A stretch of DNA of 64,000 bases from an uncultured virus (IMG/VR IMGVR_UViG_3300001450_000027). Its lineage: Duplodnaviria > Heunggongvirae > Uroviricota > Caudoviricetes. Numbering within the stretch: the stretch's first letter is position 1; the number at the start of each line of letters is the position of its first letter. The position numbers were made by a program, and so were the translations under genes. The notes beneath the pieces are model-generated. The model worked only from the letters and a program-made list of their open reading frames with translations, was not told the origin of the DNA and ran no database searches. Below are positions 57,832-64,000 of the stretch, piece by piece. The stretch covers positions 1-64,000 of the IMG/VR virus record IMGVR_UViG_3300001450_000027; one strand, 5' to 3'.

Positions 57832-58795
57832 CTTCGCATACCTCTATGTCATTGTTTCCAGTAGAATATATATTAACATCTAAAGCTTCCTCTTTATCCA
57901 GCAAATCATCGCAATCGTAATCTTGCAAATCAACAAATATATCTTTTGCACTCAAGGATCTTATACCCTCACATATTTTGATTCTTGACACCTCGGAATC
58001 AATCATGAGGTCAAAGTATTGCTCGACCGTGTCAGCATCGACACTCTCTTCTGGTTGTTCGAAAATGCCATCTTCACTTCCGGGGGTTCTTAATCTAAGT
58101 ATGTCATTTTTTATTTCGTTTTCATCAATATCCCTAGAAAGAAATTTAAGCTTTTTATATTCAGCTTTATCCTCTTCGTATAAAAAGACATCCATTGTGT
58201 AATTGTCACTAGTATTAAATCCGTTCTTTTCACTAAGATATATTAACATTTCCTGCTCTTTTACTCGTATAAAGCTTGCATCGTCTGCTCCCATATCCGG
58301 GCTATAATCAATGTAATTTGAAGTTGGCATGCCACCTTGCCTAACATCACCAATTGACATCGTAAAGTTCAACAAACTATTAACTTGAGGAATTTTGATA
58401 TTTTCGTTTGTGTTGGTTGTGTAATTATAAGAAAAAGTATCAGCCTCACCCTGTAGTATGTAGGCTTCCCAACCAACCGCATCTTGGTCAGAAAAATTGT
58501 TAGTTCCAATCGCATAAGTCATCGAATCGTTCTTGTCTATCGACAAAGAACTCTTAAGCCCAGTATCTACCCCACGGTGAGTTGTTTGTGGTCTTAGCGA
58601 CGGAGTTTCTGACAAAATTCTAGTTTTTGATTGTAAGTTGGTTTCCGTAAAGCCTCCACGTTCTGAATCATAAATCACATCATCATCAAAAAAAGCATAA
58701 AACTCTGGTTTTAGTTTTCCTTGCGACAGTAACTTTCTACCGTGAGGAGTCAACTCTATCTTAATAACATCTTCCTTTTTATTAAAAAAAGTCAT
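57824..58795 (-). CDS. Virion structural protein
   Basis: FFNKKEDV..IELTPHGRKLLS.GKL.P.FYAFFDDDV.YD. Confidence 0.55.
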   Translation of the reverse strand: MTFFNKKEDVIKIELTPHGRKLLSQGKLKPEFYAFFDDDVIYDSERGGFTETNLQSKTRILSETPSLRPQTTHRGVDTGLKSSLSIDKNDSMTYAIGTNNFSDQDAVGWEAYILQGEADTFSYNYTTNTNENIKIPQVNSLLNFTMSIGDVRQGGMPTSNYIDYSPDMGADDASFIRVKEQEMLIYLSEKNGFNTSDNYTMDVFLYEEDKAEYKKLKFLSRDIDENEIKNDILRLRTPGSEDGIFEQPEESVDADTVEQYFDLMIDSEVSRIKICEGIRSLSAKDIFVDLQDYDCDDLLDKEEALDVNIYSTGNNDIEVCEDE

Positions 58796-61700
58796 GATGT
58801 TTTATCTCCTGCTACCCATTTTGTAGAACCATCGCTGTATGTGATCTTGGTAGACCCAGCGGCACTATAATATGTTCTATTGGTCTCCATAAGAGCTTCA
58901 GTCGATGTATCTTGATCGGCTTTCTTCGGGATATTTCTCATTATAGCTTGTGTTGCGCTTTTCATTATACCACCAGTTTGAGGAAGTTTGGACTCCTCAC
59001 TAAACTTGACATTAGCTTCCAACTTAATTAGTTCAACCAACGAAAAGAAATCATAAGGCCAATTGAATGAAATTGGTGGACCCGAGTCGTTGCCGGCCTT
59101 TAATAAACTCTCGAACGAATCCGCTATATCTTGGTCAACATTAGCTATCGCTCCTTGTGAAGCATTCCCCACTTGTTTAATAATACTCTTGTCGTAAAAA
59201 TTTACCTTTGCTCTCTGTTTTACCTTAAAGATCATCCACCGAAGACGATCAGGTATGTCGCTGTTTTGCCCGAGAAGCTCTTCCTCTAGCAGACTATGAC
59301 TGCTATATGCCGTTGCCTCTTCATGGGAAATTCCAATGTTTGGTTGAACCCCTTGCCACATATCTGCCAAGTCTTGTTTTCCAAATTTATGTTTAAATTC
59401 AAAAATATACATCGCAATCGGGTCAACTGACCTTAAATCGTTATAGAAGTCCATTGGGGGTGGAAAAACATAATGCTTCATCTTATCAACCATGTTTTGG
59501 ACACTTTCTGGTATTTCTTCAGGAAAGCCTTGGTTGATTAAGGCTAAAGCACTTTTCCCTTTCGAGCGCTGTATCGCGACTCGGACTTCCTTTTCATCTA
59601 ATTTGAAAAATTTTCTTCTGCCTTCTTCTTCGATAAAAGGAACAGCAACCACTGCTTCTCTTACTTCTTTGGTGTCAGCCAACTGTCCCATTTTAACTGG
59701 GGCACTATTGAATCCGCATAGGTCCATTAGCGAGCCTGTTGTGGAAGTGGTGGGGTCTTTAGCAGAAGACTCTGGAACTCCTCCATTTATAATTTCAATA
59801 TGTCTGTCTGGAACATCCGTGACTTGCATAAATATTCCTTTGGATGGATCTTCCTCGATTCTTCCATATTGGTGCCACATTCCTCTTGGCACGGACTCGG
59901 AGCCGTTTAACGGCAAAGTGATAGAAGTCGAAGCAGACAAATGATTAAAGTTTAACATTGGTGATTCAAAGTGTGGTTGTATAACCCAGTGTTGGTCATC
60001 GTTTGCCGTTGTAGAGACCACGATTGTTTGCTCATTTGCGCCTTGCCCAGTAGTACTGACGGAGGCTTTCGTGAAGAGGTTTAGCGAGGCAGAAAGTTGA
60101 AGAAATGTATCATTTGCTTTGTCCCCAATGGTTTCTTTGTTTCCATAGCTGGGCGATAAGCCAGCCAAAGAGTTTTCGTCAATCCACCGAAAATACTCAA
60201 CAGTGGATTGGTTTACTATCTCATTTATAGTATATTTTTTAGTTTCGCTTGGCTGGAATCTGATATCAGCCCATCCCTCACCATGATAATAAGGAGGAGT
60301 AAAAGGATAATTATAACCTTCTCTCGAATCCTGAACTGTTTTGACATTCACTCCGTTTGCGTGTCTCCAAATACTTGGAGGACCAAAGGCGCTAGGCCTA
60401 GAATACATTGTAAAAGTTTCGAAGTTGTTGACATCCGTAATCTGCGGAGTTTCTACCCCGATATCAGTTGCAACAGCGAGTGGACCCTGAGCAAAAGTAC
60501 CAGACAATGTCGATTTAAACATCTTCACTCTCATCATATATGTGTGATCCTTTCTAGCGTTCCCCACTGTTGGATCGCTTGATTTTTTAGATGCAATTCT
60601 AGAAAATTCTTTCCCTTTCAAAAAGAACTCTGGGATTTCTGCCAAATAATTATGTATCATTAGCTTGTATAGTGGCCCGGACTTAGGAGAAAAGAAAACA
60701 GAAGCTGATACGTTTCCGCTGGCATGTGGTTCTTGGGTGGGGATTGAATAACTTGACAAGTGTCTTGCAGGCTCGATCAGCGCTTTAAAGGGAACTCTCT
60801 TATCCCAGTTGACTATCCCGTCAGTCGACGCATCGTATTTGAGTCTTATCATGTATTGGTCAGCATCTAGAGTTGGGTGCGACAAAATCGCATTTAGATT
60901 TTCATTTGACCCCTCGGTTCCCGATGCCATATAGGACCCCGTTACGATGGGGTAATCAACTGCTACCCCGGATTTTATTGAATTGTATAATACTCCGGGA
61001 GCAAACATCGGAGCAAGAACATTTTGCATTGCAAATTCTGGTTTGTTGCCCGTACCCCAAGAGGTGCTACTAGCGGTAACCGTGAAAGATCCCGAATATG
61101 ATTGGAAAAACTGCTTTGCTACCTCGACAGATCGCTGAACGGGATAAAAACCGTCATAAGGTAAGAACTTTTTAACCGCTTTGCACTTTAACATAAGCCT
61201 GCTTGGTTTAACAAAATCCTTATGTTCTTCTTTGACAAATTCAAAATGTTCCATAAAGTCAGTATTTGTAAAGATTTTATAGAAATTAGCCTCTGCTGAG
61301 CCTGTGGTAGAAGCAAGGCCTCCTGTTAGCTCAAAAATACTCAAGTTTTGTTCAATAGAACCAGTTGACTGGTAAGCTTTTACGTGATTGGACATTCTAA
61401 ATTCTGGAATTATAGAATAATCTTTGTATTTGCTTTTGAGATCTACGTGGTACAAATTATATGTGTCATAAAATGGAGCACGACCAGATTGTGATGGGGT
61501 GTCCCATGCTGCTTCGCCCTGTGGTATATGTTCCATCGCTATATCACCAAGCGTTGTTCCATATCTAATTCCCTCTATAGGCATACCACATGGAGAAACT
61601 ACTGACTCTGATTGTATTAATGTATGTCTTCGGGCATATATTGGAGCAGGGGCGAAATGAGTATTTATAAGGCCAAAGGTCAAATAAGAGGTATTGTTTT

Positions 61701-62745
61701 TATTAAAACTACTATATCTATTCCACAAGATACCGGGATTAGTATTGGAGCCCTCTGTTAGACCAAAATAAACTTCGTTCGGGGCGCTGCCGAGGGCAAG
61801 CCTAGATGCACCTACTATCGTTGTCGCCCAATTTTCCGTTACGTCCAAGGGCCATACGCTTTGGGATACAGGGGCGGTACCAAACCCATTGGATATTTGC
61901 CCATTAGAATTTCTGTTTGTTCTCTCATATCTCCACGGGAAAGAGAAAGTGGTTCTTTGTCTCTTGAAATGCCTATATGTGTATTGCTTTTGTGGAAACA
62001 CTACCTCCCTATAGGTAAATGATTCAAATGAATCAACTAAGCTGCCATCGCTATCTAATCCACCATTGAGGTATTCTTTTTTAATTTGATTAAACTCATC
62101 GCTTTCCTTGTCATTAAAGTCATAATAATTATTTATTTCTGGATTTGTAAAGCCAGCTATTGCATTTCCGTATGAGGCTTTTATTCTAAAACGACTCAGC
62201 GAGTCTCCCTGAATGCTCCCAACAGAAACCACAAATGGTTTATATTTTGATGTAACCGGACTTTCGTGGTACGCCTCAATTGCTCCATATTTGCTTCTTA
62301 AGGTGTGTTGTTTGCCTGCCATTTTGAAAGAAAACTCTTCTCCGGGCTCTCGAACAAAGGTGAAAATGTTGCTCTTCTTTTGTCTACGAGTGAGGGGATT
62401 ATCGCCAACCCTGATTTGTTTCCACGTTGGAAAACCATAAGGACCATTGCGATGGAGTATAAGAGCAGGAAAAAACGATGCAGTTGCCCGAAGGAGACCA
62501 GCGTCATTAGCTGCATGGGCTCCGGTCTGTGGGTCGACCAAGTGTGCTGGGAAATCAAAATTTTTAACATATTTAAGATCGTTTGGAGTGGTTCCGCCCA
62601 ACGTCGACCCAATATGGTTTTGTTTAAACTGAACAAATGACCCGAAAGATACAAACTCCCGTGCCAGTTGAGCGTCTTCGTCATAACCAACCGGTTCATA
62701 AATGAATGTGTTCAATCCTACATAATCTAAATAATAATTCGCCAT
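58792..62745 (-). CDS. Very large virion protein (~1317 aa)
   Basis: Start MANYY with GGAG SD; PFYD, SIIPEFR, NSIKSGVAVDYP, FNWPYDFFSLVEL; S/T-G-S rich. Confidence 0.55.
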   Translation of the reverse strand: MANYYLDYVGLNTFIYEPVGYDEDAQLAREFVSFGSFVQFKQNHIGSTLGGTTPNDLKYVKNFDFPAHLVDPQTGAHAANDAGLLRATASFFPALILHRNGPYGFPTWKQIRVGDNPLTRRQKKSNIFTFVREPGEEFSFKMAGKQHTLRSKYGAIEAYHESPVTSKYKPFVVSVGSIQGDSLSRFRIKASYGNAIAGFTNPEINNYYDFNDKESDEFNQIKKEYLNGGLDSDGSLVDSFESFTYREVVFPQKQYTYRHFKRQRTTFSFPWRYERTNRNSNGQISNGFGTAPVSQSVWPLDVTENWATTIVGASRLALGSAPNEVYFGLTEGSNTNPGILWNRYSSFNKNNTSYLTFGLINTHFAPAPIYARRHTLIQSESVVSPCGMPIEGIRYGTTLGDIAMEHIPQGEAAWDTPSQSGRAPFYDTYNLYHVDLKSKYKDYSIIPEFRMSNHVKAYQSTGSIEQNLSIFELTGGLASTTGSAEANFYKIFTNTDFMEHFEFVKEEHKDFVKPSRLMLKCKAVKKFLPYDGFYPVQRSVEVAKQFFQSYSGSFTVTASSTSWGTGNKPEFAMQNVLAPMFAPGVLYNSIKSGVAVDYPIVTGSYMASGTEGSNENLNAILSHPTLDADQYMIRLKYDASTDGIVNWDKRVPFKALIEPARHLSSYSIPTQEPHASGNVSASVFFSPKSGPLYKLMIHNYLAEIPEFFLKGKEFSRIASKKSSDPTVGNARKDHTYMMRVKMFKSTLSGTFAQGPLAVATDIGVETPQITDVNNFETFTMYSRPSAFGPPSIWRHANGVNVKTVQDSREGYNYPFTPPYYHGEGWADIRFQPSETKKYTINEIVNQSTVEYFRWIDENSLAGLSPSYGNKETIGDKANDTFLQLSASLNLFTKASVSTTGQGANEQTIVVSTTANDDQHWVIQPHFESPMLNFNHLSASTSITLPLNGSESVPRGMWHQYGRIEEDPSKGIFMQVTDVPDRHIEIINGGVPESSAKDPTTSTTGSLMDLCGFNSAPVKMGQLADTKEVREAVVAVPFIEEEGRRKFFKLDEKEVRVAIQRSKGKSALALINQGFPEEIPESVQNMVDKMKHYVFPPPMDFYNDLRSVDPIAMYIFEFKHKFGKQDLADMWQGVQPNIGISHEEATAYSSHSLLEEELLGQNSDIPDRLRWMIFKVKQRAKVNFYDKSIIKQVGNASQGAIANVDQDIADSFESLLKAGNDSGPPISFNWPYDFFSLVELIKLEANVKFSEESKLPQTGGIMKSATQAIMRNIPKKADQDTSTEALMETNRTYYSAAGSTKITYSDGSTKWVAGDKTS

Positions 62746-62746
62746 T

Positions 62747-64000
62747 TTATACTCCAAAAATCTCTGAGGCTGTGGGAAAGGTTATCGCATCGTAAACAGT
62801 GTACGAAAATAAAGTTGTAAATGATAAATTAGCAGCATCAGTAGAATTTCTACCGTTACCTGAAATGTCATAAAAGTTACTTGTTGTGTCTTCACTAAAA
62901 CTTTCCAGCGTAAGCCCCTTGTAGCTTCCTGCGCCCATTCTGTAATACAATTCCATGTTTGTCCTATACGCGTATTCCCTGAATCTATCACCATCGTTAT
63001 ATAGGGTGGTTACATTCGCTTGCGATAACCCATCGCTAAAGATTGCAAAGTTATCCAAATTTCCCCTAAATGCTTCGTTCTTAAAATAACTATTTCCTAT
63101 GTAACAATTTTGTCCAGATAAGGGCACAAGGCTTCCGACTGGGGTTGCCGTTTCATCGAAACCATTCGCTAGGGCTCCATCAATATATAGTACCGGATCA
63201 TTCGAAGTTGCACCACCATCATACATAAGAACTATGTGGTACCACCTGTTGAGTTCAAACGTCTCCTTGGAAATCCAAACCCCATCTGTTGTAGACCAGT
63301 CTGCCTCGAATCTAAATTTGTTTTCGAACAAAGATAATTGCAAATCTCTATATGAGAAGGAAAGAATTCTTTGATAGTCGTATGAGACAGTATCTGTTGT
63401 TCTTTTAAACCAGAAAGCGCAAGCCATTGTTCTATTGGAACTTCCTTGGCCAACAATACCGTTCCACAGAGTATCCGTGCCTATCTCGATAAAACTAGTG
63501 TTACTTGAAAAATTAGCACTTTGATCCAAGTCTGTGTTTACTAATTCACCATCCCTTGGGAGGTAACCATAAACCCGTTGTTTTCCACTTCTGATTCCAT
63601 AGTTATAGTTTAAAGATGAGGTAACCCAACTATATTGGTAATCACTTTGCGGAATTGGACTCTGAAAAAAGGCGTTGTTATGGTCCTCATTAAAAACAGG
63701 AGATAATAATTGAGAAGTACTGGTTGGTTTTCTGCTAACATTTCTTGGTATTTTATGAAACGAGGGAACAGTGACATACTCTGTCGAGGTGACGGAGCCC
63801 ACTCCTGAATCGCTTCCAAATTTACCACTATGTCTTTGTAGATGTGTTCTTAAGCCTGATCTGTTGCCATGTATATCTATAGCCCTAATCGTACCAGACT
63901 CGCCTGAACCAGAGCCTCTAACTGTCAGATTTCTATATGGCAGTGCATTGTGAACAGAATATTCGTGAGAGTATGCATCTAAATACCCCTTGCTTTGCAC
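62747..64000 (-). CDS. Large virion protein, C-terminal part, with LamG/ConA-like domain (5' end outside the window)
   Basis: T.AFWFK, NRWYHIVLMYD, LYIDG, IG...F.G.LDNFAIF...LS...V..LYN. Confidence 0.75.
   Translation of the reverse strand: MQSKGYLDAYSHEYSVHNALPYRNLTVRGSGSGESGTIRAIDIHGNRSGLRTHLQRHSGKFGSDSGVGSVTSTEYVTVPSFHKIPRNVSRKPTSTSQLLSPVFNEDHNNAFFQSPIPQSDYQYSWVTSSLNYNYGIRSGKQRVYGYLPRDGELVNTDLDQSANFSSNTSFIEIGTDTLWNGIVGQGSSNRTMACAFWFKRTTDTVSYDYQRILSFSYRDLQLSLFENKFRFEADWSTTDGVWISKETFELNRWYHIVLMYDGGATSNDPVLYIDGALANGFDETATPVGSLVPLSGQNCYIGNSYFKNEAFRGNLDNFAIFSDGLSQANVTTLYNDGDRFREYAYRTNMELYYRMGAGSYKGLTLESFSEDTTSNFYDISGNGRNSTDAANLSFTTLFSYTVYDAITFPTASEIFGV

Noticed and set aside
266..63953. All plus-strand ORFs in the track
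   Set aside because: They are antisense shadows of long minus-strand genes with recognisable motifs; I saw no SD or family motif supporting any of them.
1..64000. Alternative genetic code (stop recoding)
   Set aside because: Core genes are intact in the standard code, and TAA, TAG and TGA all end genes at expected positions.
1..64000. CRISPR array, tRNA or rRNA genes
   Set aside because: Intergenic gaps are mostly under 200 nt, with no repeat-spacer pattern or cloverleaf visible. A tRNAscan/Infernal run would be needed to be certain.

Overview
64 kb from a large, AT-rich, T4-like contractile-tailed dsDNA phage. Essentially every credible gene is on the minus strand, so the genome reads right to left in window coordinates. 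In transcription order: large virion/baseplate-type proteins (64000-49447); an accessory/DNA-metabolism block (RuvC-like resolvase, ClpS, putative head-cargo proteins including an R-S-E ADP-ribosyltransferase-like domain, class II aldolase, DenV-like glycosylase family, an array of small SH3/KOW-like genes, primase, standalone Smr, fused SbcD-SbcC); a membrane/lysis-like cluster containing a MYXO-CTERM-like surface protein; terminase, portal, a membrane gene invaded by a GIY-YIG homing endonuclease, prohead protease, ribosomal protein bS21, eight fibre-like genes, scaffold, major capsid, neck, sheath, two tail tubes, tail chaperone and the start of the tape measure. Best observations: (1) a free-standing GIY-YIG endonuclease apparently carrying a replacement 3' half of the gene it invades, with the displaced half still intact downstream; (2) a probable +1/-2 frameshift on a T8 run in the tail chaperone; (3) a MYXO-CTERM-like gene bounded by 18-bp direct repeats which, with strong SD use and sigma70 promoters, suggests a Myxococcota-like rather than Bacteroidota host; (4) an SH3-like mini-gene array with 40-bp conserved junctions; (5) a shared IIxEE helix plus L-x-E-delimited modules suggesting a head-cargo/polyprotein system; (6) pervasive [ST]-[GAS]-S motifs in exposed virion proteins; (7) a putative late-promoter motif ACTAWTTA. 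All calls come from motif recognition and gene order by eye; no database searches were run.
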